DNA from: an uncultured Chloroflexia bacterium
GTDB lineage: Bacteria; Chloroflexota; Anaerolineae; CG2-30-64-16
Length of the DNA stretch: 64,000 bases
Direction of reading: 5' to 3'
NCBI GenBank assembly: GCA_963810095.1
Contig: CAWEMM010000014.1
Span: 32,001-96,000 of the forward strand
Below, piece by piece: positions 45,053-55,957 of this stretch. The translations under genes were made by a program, and so were the position numbers. Within the stretch, counting starts at the first letter, position 1. Each line of letters opens with the position of its first letter. A model generated the notes under the pieces. It saw only the letters and a program-made list of their open reading frames with translations. It was not told the origin of the DNA and made no database searches.

Positions 45053-46051
45053 TCAGGGAGCGCTTGCGCGCACGATGAGTTCGGGTTGCACCAGCAGCCG
45101 GCTGCAGCCGCCCGAGCTCCCGTCAAGCTGGTCGAGCAGCAGGCGCAGCGCAGCGGCGCCAATGGCCAACCGGTCGGTATGCAGCGTGGTCAGCGCGGGT
45201 GTGACCAGCCTTGCCAGCAGGATGTCATCCGCACCCGTGACCGCTACATCGTCGGGCACCCGCACCCCCATCTCGGCGCAGGCCCGCAGCGCGCCGATGG
45301 CTACGAGGTCATTGTAGCAGGCCAGCGCGTCGATCCCGGGCTCCCGGGTGAGTAGCGTTCGCGCCGCAGAGTAGCCGCCTTCGACGTCGGGACGCTCGCA
45401 GCGCACGGACAGCGCGGGCGCAGGCGCCTCGCCAGCGGCCGTCATGGCGTTCAGGTATCCACGCTCTCGCTCGCGGCTGCTGTGGGAAATCTGGGGACCG
45501 GCGAGCAGGCCGAGGCGGCGGCGGCCGGAGCCGAGCAAGTGCCTGACCACGCATGCCGCGCCCCATTCGTCATCGACACAGACGTTGCTGGTGCCTTCGA
45601 TGGTACGGTTGACCATGACGACCGCGTTATGCCGGCTGACCAGCTCGGCAAGCAACGGCTCGGGCAGGCGCGAACTGCACAGAAGCACCCCATCCACGGC
45701 GCGCTGTTCGAGGGTTCGCAGCAAATCGCCCTCGCGGTTCGGGTCTTCGATTGAATTGCACAGCAGGACGCTGTAGCCCGCGGTTTGGGCCGCATCGTCG
45801 GCGCCCCGGCTGATGTCTGCGAAAAATGGATTGGCGATATCCGGAACGATCAAGCCGACCGTTCGAGTGTGGCGGGTGGCGAGGCCCCTTGCAATGCTGC
45901 TCGGGCGGTAATCCAACCGGACAATGACGCCGAGCACGCGCTCGCGCGTTTCGCTGCTGATCTCGCCCTTGCCGTTGAGCGCGCGTGAAACCGTCTGGCG
46001 AGACACGCCTGCCTCACGGGCTACATCAGCAATGGAGACGCGAAACGACAT
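45053..46051 (-). CDS. LacI-family regulator (left arm)
   Basis: SIADVAREAGVSRQTVSRALN, YRPS, DIANPFF, CYNDLVAIG. Confidence 0.95.
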   Translation of the reverse strand: MSFRVSIADVAREAGVSRQTVSRALNGKGEISSETRERVLGVIVRLDYRPSSIARGLATRHTRTVGLIVPDIANPFFADISRGADDAAQTAGYSVLLCNSIEDPNREGDLLRTLEQRAVDGVLLCSSRLPEPLLAELVSRHNAVVMVNRTIEGTSNVCVDDEWGAACVVRHLLGSGRRRLGLLAGPQISHSSRERERGYLNAMTAAGEAPAPALSVRCERPDVEGGYSAARTLLTREPGIDALACYNDLVAIGALRACAEMGVRVPDDVAVTGADDILLARLVTPALTTLHTDRLAIGAAALRLLLDQLDGSSGGCSRLLVQPELIVRASAP

Positions 46052-46092
46052 CCTTGTGCCTCGCCGGGAAGTTGGTTGAAGGGAGGAAACGA

Positions 46093-46154
46093 GCCGTTAC
46101 CGCTCACGGCATCGCTCACGGCGCATTATACGCAGAAACCTTCACCCGTGTCAA
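46093..46154 (-). promoter_or_regulatory. Leftward promoter with tandem LacI-type operators
   Basis: Minus strand TTGACA-N18-TATAAT followed by GCCGTGAGCGAT-GCCGTGAGCGGTAACGGC. Confidence 0.8.
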
Positions 46155-46203
46155 GAGCGAAGAAGAGCGCCATTCCGGTCGCGGCGAGCGAGGGTGTCGG
46201 GTC

Positions 46204-46271
46204 TTGACGTCCCATGTAAGCTGCGCTTATAATCGGCGCAGTTGCCGTTAGCGTTCACGGCAACGCTAACG
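46204..46271 (+). promoter_or_regulatory. Rightward promoter with tandem LacI-type operators
   Basis: TTGACG-N18-TATAAT followed by GCCGTTAGCGTTCACGGC-AACGCTAACG. Confidence 0.8.
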
Positions 46272-46290
46272 TGAGCCCCGAGGAGGCGCC

Positions 46291-47331
46291 GTGATGATGA
46301 GCAGGCGGGTGAACATCGAAGATGTCGCCCGTGAAGCAGGTGTGTCGGCCCAAACGGTGTCGCGCGCGCTCAACAACAAGGGCGAGATCAGTCCGGAGAC
46401 ACGGGATCGCGTCCTGCGCACCGTCGACCGCCTCGGCTACCGGCCCAATACCCTCGCGCGCGGGCTCGTGACGCAAAAGACCTCGACCTTGGGCCTCGTC
46501 GTGCCCGACATCGCCAATCCGTTCTTCTCGGAAGTTGCCCGGGGCGCGGAAGATGTGGCGCAGAAGGAAGGTTACAGCCTGCTCCTGTGCAACGCGATGG
46601 AGAGCCCCGCGCGCGAGCTGGAAGCCCTGCGGACGCTGGAGGCTCAGCGCGTAGACGGCATTGTCTTGTGCAGTTCGCGCCTCTCGGACGACGAGCTGTC
46701 CGGGCTTCTCACTCGGCTGCCGGCCGTGGTGCTGGTGAACCGGCAGGCGACGAGCGGCAGCCTGCGGTCCGCGTGCATCGACGACGAGGCGGGCGCATAC
46801 CAGGCCACGCGTCACCTGCTCGACTCGGGACACCGCGCCATCGCCTTTCTTGCCGGACCCAGCACGTCACACAGCGGGCGGCGGCGCGCGCTGGGTTATC
46901 GCCGTGCCATGTCAGGGGCCGGGCTGGCGGTCGATCCGGAGTTGGTCGTGGAATGTACGCCCCAGCTCGAAGGCGGGTACGGGGGGGTCCTGCAGGTTCT
47001 TGCCACCCGGCCGGCTGTCGACGCATTCCTGTGCTACAACGACCTTGTCGCGGTCGGGGCACTGCAGGCGTGCGCGGCGTGCGAGCGCCGGGTGCCTGAC
47101 GACGTTGCCATCGTAGGGTGCGACGACATCCTGCTTGCGGCGCTCGTCACGCCGCCGCTGACGACCGTGCGCAGCGACCGCCGGGCATTGGGTGCGGAGG
47201 CTGTACAGCTGCTGCTGCGGTCCCTGGAAGGGTGCACGGAGGGCTGCGATAACGTGCTGCTGCAGCCTGAGTTGGTCGTGCGGGCGAGTGCGCCGGCACA
47301 CGCCGCGGCGCCTGTCGCGCTAAGGGCCTGA
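46291..47331 (+). CDS. LacI-family regulator (right arm)
   Basis: NIEDVAREAGVSAQTVSRALN, DIANPFF, CYNDLVAVG; GAGGAGG RBS. Confidence 0.95.
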   Translation: MMMSRRVNIEDVAREAGVSAQTVSRALNNKGEISPETRDRVLRTVDRLGYRPNTLARGLVTQKTSTLGLVVPDIANPFFSEVARGAEDVAQKEGYSLLLCNAMESPARELEALRTLEAQRVDGIVLCSSRLSDDELSGLLTRLPAVVLVNRQATSGSLRSACIDDEAGAYQATRHLLDSGHRAIAFLAGPSTSHSGRRRALGYRRAMSGAGLAVDPELVVECTPQLEGGYGGVLQVLATRPAVDAFLCYNDLVAVGALQACAACERRVPDDVAIVGCDDILLAALVTPPLTTVRSDRRALGAEAVQLLLRSLEGCTEGCDNVLLQPELVVRASAPAHAAAPVALRA

Positions 47332-47352
47332 GAAGGCAAGAACGGGGGCTTT

Positions 47353-48381
47353 ATGGATCCCTGGAGTCGCTTCAAAGTGGTCGCGAACGGCGGGACGGCC
47401 GACCAGACGCCCTTGGCCCTGATCGTCGATAGCCCGTGGCTGCCGGCCTACGCGGGCATCGACACCCTCGACTACTTCCTGCAGCCCGATCTCTGGATGC
47501 AGATCAACCTGGGCCTGCTCCAGCGCTTTCCCGACGTGGCCTGGGTGCCCGGTTTCTGGGTCGAGTACGGCATGGCCGTCGAGCCGTCCGCGTTCGGCGC
47601 CCGGGTGGTCTGGCATCACGACTCGCCGCCCTCGATCGAGCCCTTGCCGGGCGGGCTGGATGCGCTGGCGGCCATGCACGCGCCCGACCCCGGGGAGCAC
47701 GGCCTGATGCCCCTGGTCCTGCAGTTATATGCCGACCGGCAGCGGCGGCTGAAAGCGGAGGGCCTCGCGATCCGAATGGTTGCGGCCCGTGGGCCGCATG
47801 CGCTTGCGGGTTGGCTGCTGGGCATCACCGAGTTCATGGTTAGCCTCAAGCGCCAGCCGGAATTGGCCGCCAAGGTGCTCGATATGCTAACCGGCGCGGT
47901 CATTTCGTGGCTGCGCGCCCAGGCGGACGCCGTAGGCGGGGTCGAAGGCATCCTGCTGCTCGACGACATCCCCGGCTTGCTCTCACCCAAGGTATTCGAT
48001 GCGCTGGCTGCGCCCTACCTGGCGCGCATCTTCGAAGCATTCGACGGGCTGATCCGGGTGTATCACAACGACACCCCGTGTCCGCACCTGCTGCCGCGGC
48101 TGGCCGGATTGCCCTTTGAGGTGTTCAACTTCAGCCACGAGACCAGCATTGCGGACGTACGAGCCGCGATGCCCCGGCAGGCCTTGATGGGCAACGTGCC
48201 GCCGCTGTCCGTGATGGCGCAAGGAACGCCGGACCAGGTGCAGCAATGGGCGCGGGCGTGCGTCGACCAGACCCAGGGGCGCGGCTTGATCCTCTCGGCG
48301 GGTGGCGGCGTAAGCCCCGGGACGCCGGCCGGCAACATCGACGCGTTAGTGGCCGCGGTCCGGGACGGCGTCCGACCCTAG
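47353..48381 (+). CDS. URO-D/MtaA-CmuA-like protein #2 (HxD replaces HxC)
   Basis: ALIVDSPW, EPSAFG, RGP, LDDIPG, YHNDT, LMGNVPP, LSAGGGVSPGTP. Confidence 0.8.
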   Translation: MDPWSRFKVVANGGTADQTPLALIVDSPWLPAYAGIDTLDYFLQPDLWMQINLGLLQRFPDVAWVPGFWVEYGMAVEPSAFGARVVWHHDSPPSIEPLPGGLDALAAMHAPDPGEHGLMPLVLQLYADRQRRLKAEGLAIRMVAARGPHALAGWLLGITEFMVSLKRQPELAAKVLDMLTGAVISWLRAQADAVGGVEGILLLDDIPGLLSPKVFDALAAPYLARIFEAFDGLIRVYHNDTPCPHLLPRLAGLPFEVFNFSHETSIADVRAAMPRQALMGNVPPLSVMAQGTPDQVQQWARACVDQTQGRGLILSAGGGVSPGTPAGNIDALVAAVRDGVRP

Positions 48382-48475
48382 CGGGTGTGGCGGGGGGGCC
48401 GGCCTCCGAAGTGCGCCGCGCTTGCGGCGAGAACCCCGAGTTCCCAGTCGTTGACTTATCCTGAGGAAGCAACAC

Positions 48476-49964
48476 ATGACAAGCACTCTTCACGAGATTG
48501 CCGAGATCGATCTCCCGCTGTATCCGAACTCGCTGGTCGAGGACGGCGAAGCGACCTACTACCTGTCGTGGACATCGGAGGGAAAGCGGCTGGTGGTCTT
48601 AGCGCCCGCCGGGAATCCTGTCCTCCGGTCGTTTGCCGGCGAGGCAGCCCAGCGCGGCACGAAGACTCTGCTCGTCTGCCCGCTCACTCACGAGAACGCG
48701 GTCGCGCTGCGGGCTGCACTCCCCTGGCTTAACCCCGCTCCGCTCGGGCTGCGTGGGTCCGCGGGTTGCGGCGACCGGATGGGCCTTGCCACGCCCGGCC
48801 ATATCCGCGCCGCGCGCGCGGTGGGCGGCACGGTGGGGATGATCTACGCGCAGCAGTCGATTCGCGAGATGACCCGCACGAACCGCACTCCGGACGATGT
48901 AATGGACGACGCGACGTGGGGCGTCTTTCAGGAGGGCTGGCGACAGGGCATGGGCGCGGATGCCGACCACCTGAAGACGACTGGCGACGTCGATATATGC
49001 GTCGCGGCGGGCTTCACCTTCTTCACCTTCGATCCGGGCGCCCACGTCGACTCTGCGGCAGACACGGACGGTGCGGGAACCATCCGCGCCAAGTACGAGG
49101 GGCTGCCGTGGCCTGACCTCGCGACCACTGCCCGTGATCTGCAGGCGGCATACGTGGGCAAGCACATCGACGTGGAAGACCGCACGCTCGTCCTTGACGA
49201 ACAGATGCTGCAGCGGGCCGCGGTCAAGTACGGCCGGGCCGTCGCACACGTGGCGGCGCTCTATCAGTCATCTCATTTCGCTCCGGCCCGCGGAGTCTGT
49301 CGAGCTGGAGGTGTCGGTCGACGAAACGGACACCCCCACCACGCACGAAGAGCACCTCTTCATCGCGCGCGAGCTGCGCCGCCTGGGCGTGCGCTGGGTC
49401 AGCCTTGCGCCGCGTTACGTCGGCAGCTTCGAGAAGGGCGTCGACTACATCGGCGACGTCGAGACGTTCGAACACGACTTCGCCGGCCATGCGGCCATCG
49501 CGCGTGCCCTCGGCCCCTACAAGCTCAGCCTGCACACCGGGTCGGACAAGTTCCGCATCTACGGCGTTGCCGCACAGCACGCCCGCGGGCTCATCCACCT
49601 GAAGACGGCCGGCACAAGCTACCTGGAAGCCCTGCGCGTGACTGCGTCGCTGGACCCCGCGCTCTTCCGGGAGATCCTGGCGCTGGCTATCGAGCGCTGG
49701 GAAATCGATCAGGCCAGTTATCACGTCTCCGCACAGCTCGCGAAGGTGCCGCGGCCCGAGGCGCTGCGCGACGACGATCTACCCGGCCTCCTCGAACAGT
49801 TCGATGCCCGGCAGGTCCTGCACATCGCGTTCGGCTCGGTTCTATCGTCGCCCGGCTTAAAGACCCGGCTCTTCGCCGCCCTGGCCCAGAATGAAGAGAT
49901 GTACTACGACGCGCTCGAGCGCCATTTTGTCCGCCACCTATCCCCGATCGTAGGAGCAGCCTGA
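48476..49964 (+). CDS. uxaE: Tagaturonate/fructuronate epimerase; frameshift ~49268
   Basis: GDRMGLATPGH, AQQSIRE, GADADHLK, FTFDP, EVSVDE, FEKGVDY, SLHTGSDKF, HLKTAGTSYLEAL. Confidence 0.88.
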
Positions 49965-50413
49965 TGCGTTACGTCTTCAGTACGACCGACACGACCGTCT
50001 ATCGTTTCCCCACGCACGTGAATGAGTTGGTCCTCGACCGGTCGGAGTCGACGGTGACCGAGGTCTTCATCGTCGTGCTGGAGCCGGGCGAGGCGCCGCC
50101 GCTGCACAAGCATCCCGACACCGAGCAGGTGTTTTACATGCTGCAAGGCGAAGGCGAACTGCGGGTGGGCGAGGGGGGCGCGGAGAGCCACCGGGTGAAG
50201 CCGGGCGACCTGGTGCGCATCCCGCCTGACACGTGGCACAAGATCGTCAACGACGGGAACCTCGATATCCGCTATGTGAGCGTAGATGCGTTCCCGGGCC
50301 AGCGGCCCGCGGCCGAACCGACGTGGGACGACCACGTGCGTGCGAACTGCGCGGCCAACGGCTGGGACTTCGACAGCGTCAAGCGCGCCCGCACGACGGG
50401 GCCGGCGGCATGA
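49964..50413 (+). CDS. Cupin-domain protein
   Basis: PLHKHPDTEQVFY and GDLVRIPPDTWH. Confidence 0.85.
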   Translation: MRYVFSTTDTTVYRFPTHVNELVLDRSESTVTEVFIVVLEPGEAPPLHKHPDTEQVFYMLQGEGELRVGEGGAESHRVKPGDLVRIPPDTWHKIVNDGNLDIRYVSVDAFPGQRPAAEPTWDDHVRANCAANGWDFDSVKRARTTGPAA

Positions 50414-51600
50414 ACGGCCGAGAACGCATCCTGGCTGCCTTTAACGGAGGCGACGCGGATTTCGTCCCCTTCGCACCGAACATCTACCTGTGGTTCTACT
50501 ACCACCGCTACCACGGGACGCTGCCCGCCGAGTTGGACGGGGCGCAGCATCCGCTCGACGCGCTGCGCCGGCTTGGCGCCGACATCCTCGCGCGCTGGGA
50601 CACCCAATGGGCCGTCAAAGAGGTGTACCAGGCGGGCGAGTACCGCTCGGAGTTCGTGGACCAGGGACACGTGCCGCCCTCGGCGCTGCCCCCGGGCGTG
50701 CCCACGACCACGTCGTTCAACATCTATCCGCCCGGTGCGAACGAGCACCGCAAACAGTTCGTCACCCCCTACGGCACGCTGAGCCAAACCTGGGCGTTCA
50801 CCGCCGAGAGCGCCGCGGACTTCGAAGCCAAGTACTGGTGGACGGACTGGGACGAGTACAGGGCGATCCGGTTCATGCTCGAGGCGCGCGAGTACGATTT
50901 CGACGCCGAGCTGTTTCGACATTGGATGAGGCAGGTGGGCGACGACGGCGTCGTCATGTGTCACATCACCCAGTCACCGCTTAAGATGCTGCACTGGTTG
51001 GCCGGGCCACAGAACGCCACCTACTTCATCGTCGACCACCCGCAAGAGACCCGCGAGTTGGCGCAGATACACGAGGAGAAGGCCCTCGCGCTGCTCGAGC
51101 AGGTGGTCGACTTGCCCGAGACGGAGATTTTCTTCTCGGGCGACAACCTCGACAGCATGTTTTATCCCCCGAAGTTCTACCGCGACTACTGCGACAGCTT
51201 TTTCACCCGCGCTGCCGAGATCATCCATCGCCGCGGGAAGCGGTTCGTCGTCCACGCGTGCGGGCGCAACCATAAGCTGCTGCCGCTGGTCGGCGCGTCG
51301 GGCGTCGACTGCCTCGAGGGAATCACGCCCGCGCCGCTCGGCGACGTCCGCTTGGGCGACGCCCGGCGGCTGTCGGGCAAGGCGGATTTCACCGTGAACG
51401 GCGGCATGGACTCACCGCACCTGGAGCTGCGCGAGGATGCAGAACGGGCGCTGCACCAGTACACCGGCGAGCTGTTTGCGAGCATGGGCGACATGCGACA
51501 CTTCATCTACGCCTCAAGTTGCATGACCTCACCGCTGACACCGTGGGAGAACCTGGTGACCCTGCGCGATGCGGCGCGTGAGTGCGGAAGGCTGGGCTAA
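50410..51600 (+). CDS. URO-D/MtaA-CmuA-like protein #3
   Basis: MNGRERILAA, TPYGTL, QSP, GDNLD, VHACG, EGITPAPLGD, ASSC. Confidence 0.78.
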   Translation: MNGRERILAAFNGGDADFVPFAPNIYLWFYYHRYHGTLPAELDGAQHPLDALRRLGADILARWDTQWAVKEVYQAGEYRSEFVDQGHVPPSALPPGVPTTTSFNIYPPGANEHRKQFVTPYGTLSQTWAFTAESAADFEAKYWWTDWDEYRAIRFMLEAREYDFDAELFRHWMRQVGDDGVVMCHITQSPLKMLHWLAGPQNATYFIVDHPQETRELAQIHEEKALALLEQVVDLPETEIFFSGDNLDSMFYPPKFYRDYCDSFFTRAAEIIHRRGKRFVVHACGRNHKLLPLVGASGVDCLEGITPAPLGDVRLGDARRLSGKADFTVNGGMDSPHLELREDAERALHQYTGELFASMGDMRHFIYASSCMTSPLTPWENLVTLRDAARECGRLG

Positions 51601-51602
51601 GA

Positions 51603-52724
51603 ATGTCACCTGTCACCTTCGACACGAGCGGACGCGACGCGCAGGCCATGCCGGTGACGCCGGTGGCGCCTGACAAGTTCGATTTTGCCCGGTACGAGGC
51701 CCACGCGGCCGAGGCCGACGAGCGCTACTCGGCCTTCCTGCGCCAGCCTGAGGGCGTCGCAGTCTGGCAGCGGGTGCGGGTGGGTGAGGTCTTCGGCCCG
51801 GGCTGCCGCGATATGGCGGCATCGCTCCGTTGGCAGCTGGGCGGGCTGACGAAGGCGCTCGAGTACCTGACGGACGCGCCGAATTACCTCGAACCGTGGT
51901 ATGGCATTGGCGTCACTGCGGGCGCGTTTGGGGCCGTGTACGAATGGCCCGAGGGGCAGGCGCCGGTCGCCCGGCCCCAGTACCGCACGGTGCAGGACGT
52001 GCCCGAGTTGGTCGCCCGGCAGGGCGAGATCATGCAGCACGTGCTCCGCATGATCGACACCTTCCTCGAAGAGACGGGCGGCCGCCTGCCCATGTCCTGG
52101 TCCGACATCCAGAACCCGCTCAACACGGCCACCGAGCTTGTCGACACATCCGGCTTCTTCCAGGGGTTCATCGACGCGCCCGACGCGGTGCGGAGCATCC
52201 TCGCTGCGCTGTCCGACGAGCTGATTCGGTTCACAGAAGAGCAGAGCCGCCGCATCGGTGACTGCCTGGTTCGCCCGGGCCATGGGTTCGCCAGTGCCCG
52301 CACGGGCAGGGGCATTGGGCTGAGCACCGACAACCTGGTGATGATATCGCCGCGGGCCTACCGGCAGTTCTGCGCAGAAAACGATGCAAAGATCGGCGCG
52401 GCGTTCGGTGGCACGGCCATACATTCGTGCGGCGACTGGGCGCGCTGGATCGACGCGGTGAAGACGGATCCGCAGCTCTTCATGGTCGACGCGGCATTCA
52501 CCCCCCGAACGGACCCGAACTACAACGACCCGGCCGCGTTCCGGCAAGCGTTCGCAGGGACCGGCGTCATCGTCCACGCCCGCATGGTGGGCGATCCGGA
52601 CGAGGTGCTGGCCCGCGTGCGCGAGCTGTGGGCGCCCGGGATGCGGCTGATCGTGGTGACTTACGAGCAAGACGCGGCCGCGCAGCACAGGCTCTACGAC
52701 GACATCCATGCGCTGTGCAGCTGA
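51603..52724 (+). CDS. URO-D-like protein #4
   Basis: AGAFGA, DIQNPLNTA, GLSTDNLVMISP, IHSCG. Confidence 0.72.
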   Translation: MSPVTFDTSGRDAQAMPVTPVAPDKFDFARYEAHAAEADERYSAFLRQPEGVAVWQRVRVGEVFGPGCRDMAASLRWQLGGLTKALEYLTDAPNYLEPWYGIGVTAGAFGAVYEWPEGQAPVARPQYRTVQDVPELVARQGEIMQHVLRMIDTFLEETGGRLPMSWSDIQNPLNTATELVDTSGFFQGFIDAPDAVRSILAALSDELIRFTEEQSRRIGDCLVRPGHGFASARTGRGIGLSTDNLVMISPRAYRQFCAENDAKIGAAFGGTAIHSCGDWARWIDAVKTDPQLFMVDAAFTPRTDPNYNDPAAFRQAFAGTGVIVHARMVGDPDEVLARVRELWAPGMRLIVVTYEQDAAAQHRLYDDIHALCS

Positions 52725-52743
52725 GCGAACGGAGAGGCCAAGC

Positions 52744-53972
52744 ATGAGCGACACACAATCCTCGGCGACCGCCCTGGTCAATGGACGCATCGTCCTGCCC
52801 GACCGGGTGGTGACCGGGCTGGCCCTGCTGATCGAGGGCGGCCGGATTACCGGCCTTTCCCCAGCGGCGGATTTGCGGCCGGACGTCGAGCGGGTCGACG
52901 TGGCCGGCAACCTCGTCACGCCGGGCCTCATCGACATCCACACCCACGGCGCGCTCCGGCACACGTTCAACGAGCCGGACGCGAACGCCTGGACCGTCAT
53001 TACCCGGGAGAACCTGCGCCGGGGCACGACCTCCCTCCTCGCGACCTTTGCACCCACGCCCAACCTGGAACAGGAGCTGGCGTTCTGCCGCAAGTGGATG
53101 CATAGAAAGCCGGGACGGCGCCGGGGGGCACGGCGGTGCGCGGGTGCTCGGCGCGTACCTGGAAAGCCCGTTCGTCAACCTTGCTCAAAAGGGTGCGCTG
53201 GATCCCTCTTGCGTCCGCTCTGCAGACGACGGGTCGGCGGCAGCCTTGTTGGCGTATTCGGACGTCCTGCGGGTCTTCATGCTGGCGCCCGAACTGCCCG
53301 GCGCCCTCGACCTCGTCCGCCTGATCGATGCGGCCGGCATCGTGCCTGCGGCCGGCCACACGATGGCCCAGGACACGACCATACGCTCGGCAATGGAACG
53401 CGGGCTGCGCCATGTAACGCACCTGTGGAGCGCCATGTCGATGGTGGTGCGCGAGGGGCCGTGGCGCAAGCCGGGCGTGCTGGAGTCCGCGCTGACTTTC
53501 GACGGCCTGACCGCCGAAATCATCGCGGACAACCGGCACCTGCCGGCCACGCTGATGCGGCTGGCCTACAAGTGCCTCGGCCCCGACCGGCTCTGCGCCG
53601 TCTCCGACGCGCTGGCCGGGGCAGGACTGCCCGACGGCAGCACCTACACCATGGGGGGCCTCACCTACGACGTGCAGGACGGTGTCGGCATGGTGCTCGA
53701 TCGCTCCAGCTTCGCCGGCAGCGCTACGCTGCTGCCCCAGATGCTGCCCGTCCTGACGGCGGTCGTCGGCATCCCGCTCGTCGAAGCCGTGCGCATGACG
53801 ACCCTGACCCCGGCCCGGATTGCCGGCGTGGACACGGAATACGGCTCTCTGGAACCGGGCAAGGCGGCCGACCTGGTGATCTTCGACGATGCCTTTGATC
53901 GCGCAGCGCGTCATGCTCGGCGGCGAGTGGACGCAGCCGGCGACGTCACTTCCCCACACTCAAGAGGTTTAG
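52744..53972 (+). CDS. nagA: N-acetylglucosamine-6-phosphate deacetylase-like; frameshifts ~53110 and ~53900
   Basis: PGLIDIHTHG, YLESPF, LAPE, AGHT, THLWSAM, IADNRH, VSDA, FAGS, GKAADL; TAG at 53972 abuts the next ATG. Confidence 0.8.
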
Positions 53973-54773
53973 ATGCCAACTCAACCACTCTACGAAACCC
54001 AAGTGGACCAATTGCCCGTCAGTGTCTATCCGACCAACGACGCACTCGGGGCCGCAGCAGCCCTGGAAGCCGCCGGCATCCTGAAGGCCGCGGTTGCCGA
54101 GCGAGGCGTCGCCAACGCCATCCTCGCCACCGGGAACTCGCAGCTGACCTTCCTCACCGCGGTGCGTGCGCTGCCCGACGTGCCGTGGGGATCGGTAAAC
54201 GTCTTCCACATGGACGAGTACGTAAACTTGCCCGCCGGGCATCCCGCCAGCTTCCCGGCATTCCTCCACCGGCACCTGCTCGACCACGTCGGGGTCAAGC
54301 AGTTCTTCCCCGTGCCCGGCGTCTCGGCCGACGCGGAGGCGGCTTGCCGCGAGTACGAGGCGCTGCTGCGGGCGTATCCGGCCGACCTGACGGTAATGGG
54401 CATCGGCGAGAACGGTCACCTTGCCTTCAACGACCCGCCCTACGCGGACTTCGACGACCCGCTGTGGGTCAAGACGGTCAAGCTCGACGAGCGCTCGCGG
54501 CGGCAGCAGGTGGGCGAGGGGCATTTCGGCGGCCTCGACGAAGTGCCGACGCACGCGATCACCGTGACCATCCCCGCGCTGCTGGCGGCGAAGCGGGTGC
54601 TGGTGCTGGTGCCCGAGGCGCGCAAGGCGGAGGCGGTCAAGGCGTCTCTGCTCGGCCCGGTCACCGAGGATTGCCCCGGGTCGATTCTGCGCACCCAGCC
54701 GCACTCCCGGCTGTATCTTGACCGGGATTCGGCCGCGCTCCTGCCTGAAACGTTGTGGGCGGAGGCCGGATGA
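53973..54773 (+). CDS. nagB: Glucosamine-6-phosphate deaminase/isomerase family
   Basis: LATGNSQ, FHMDEY, GIGENGHLAFNDP, HAITVTIP, CPGSIL. Confidence 0.82.
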   Translation: MPTQPLYETQVDQLPVSVYPTNDALGAAAALEAAGILKAAVAERGVANAILATGNSQLTFLTAVRALPDVPWGSVNVFHMDEYVNLPAGHPASFPAFLHRHLLDHVGVKQFFPVPGVSADAEAACREYEALLRAYPADLTVMGIGENGHLAFNDPPYADFDDPLWVKTVKLDERSRRQQVGEGHFGGLDEVPTHAITVTIPALLAAKRVLVLVPEARKAEAVKASLLGPVTEDCPGSILRTQPHSRLYLDRDSAALLPETLWAEAG

Positions 54774-55957
54774 ACGGGCCCGCCGGCTTGACCGGGCGCG
54801 AACGGTTGCTGACGAGCCTGAACCACCGCGAGCCCGACCGGGTGCCCTACGACCTGGGGAGCACGCAAGTGACGGGCATCCATGTCGTCGCATACCGCGG
54901 CCTGCGGGAGTGCCTGGGCTTGCCGCCGGCGGAGCCCGCCATCTGCGACGAGGTGCAGGGCCTGGCCCTGCCCGACGGCGACCTGCTCGACGTGCTCGGC
55001 GTCGACGTGCGCGGGCTCTTCCCGCTCAACAGCCACAACGACGACGTCGCAGGCCGCGCCCGCCGCCAGGCCGCCGGCGATGGCGAGGTCGAGGCATTCG
55101 TCGACGAGTGGGGCATCACCCAGCACCGGCCCTATCCGCATGGGCTGTATTTCACCGCGGTGCGCCATCCGCTGGACGGCCCGATCACCGTGGCCGACGT
55201 CGAGCGCTATCCGTGGCCCAACACTGGGGACCCGCAGCGCATCGCGGGGCTGCGCGAGCAGGCGCTCGCGTACCGGGCCGAAGGCCGGGCCGTGATGATC
55301 AAAGGCGTGCTGGCGGGCATTTTCGAAATGGCGCAGCGGGTGCGCGGGATGGCGGCGCTCATGATGGACATGGCGTCGGACGAGGCGCTGGCCGAGGCGC
55401 TGCTCGACAGGATGCTGGTGCTCAAGCTGGACTTCTGGGAGATGGCCCTGCCGCAGCTGGCCGGGTTGGTCGACGTGGTCTCGGAGGCCGACGACTACGG
55501 CACACAGGTCTCGCAGTTGATCTCGCCGCGCATGTTCCGCCGGCTGATGAAGCCCCGGCTGGCAGTGCTGTTCAAGCGCATCCACGAACTTGCGCCCGAC
55601 GCAAAGCTCTTCTTCCATTCGTGCGGTAACGTGCGTCCCCTGCTCCCCGACTTTATCGAGACCGGCGTCGACATTCTGAACCCGGTGCACGTTCGGGCGA
55701 CCGGAATGAACCCCGTCGAGCTCAAGCGTGACTTCGGCAAGGACATCGTCTTCTGGGGCGGCGGGGTCGACACCCAGGACGTCCTGCCGCACGGCACCCC
55801 GCAGGAGGTTCGCGACGACGTACGGCGGAACGTGGAAGCGCTGGCGCCGGGCGGCGGCTTCGTGTTCAACACGGTGCACAACATCCAGGCCGACGTGCCG
55901 CCGGAGAACGTCGTGGCGATGTGGCAGGCGCTGCAGGAAGCCGGGGTGTACGCATGA
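54770..55957 (+). CDS. URO-D/MtaA-CmuA-like protein #5 (paralog of #1)
   Basis: HREPDRVPYDLG, DEWG, ADDYGTQ, FFHSCG, DILNPVH, FWGGGVDTQ, FNTVHNIQ. Confidence 0.87.
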   Translation: MNGPAGLTGRERLLTSLNHREPDRVPYDLGSTQVTGIHVVAYRGLRECLGLPPAEPAICDEVQGLALPDGDLLDVLGVDVRGLFPLNSHNDDVAGRARRQAAGDGEVEAFVDEWGITQHRPYPHGLYFTAVRHPLDGPITVADVERYPWPNTGDPQRIAGLREQALAYRAEGRAVMIKGVLAGIFEMAQRVRGMAALMMDMASDEALAEALLDRMLVLKLDFWEMALPQLAGLVDVVSEADDYGTQVSQLISPRMFRRLMKPRLAVLFKRIHELAPDAKLFFHSCGNVRPLLPDFIETGVDILNPVHVRATGMNPVELKRDFGKDIVFWGGGVDTQDVLPHGTPQEVRDDVRRNVEALAPGGGFVFNTVHNIQADVPPENVVAMWQALQEAGVYA

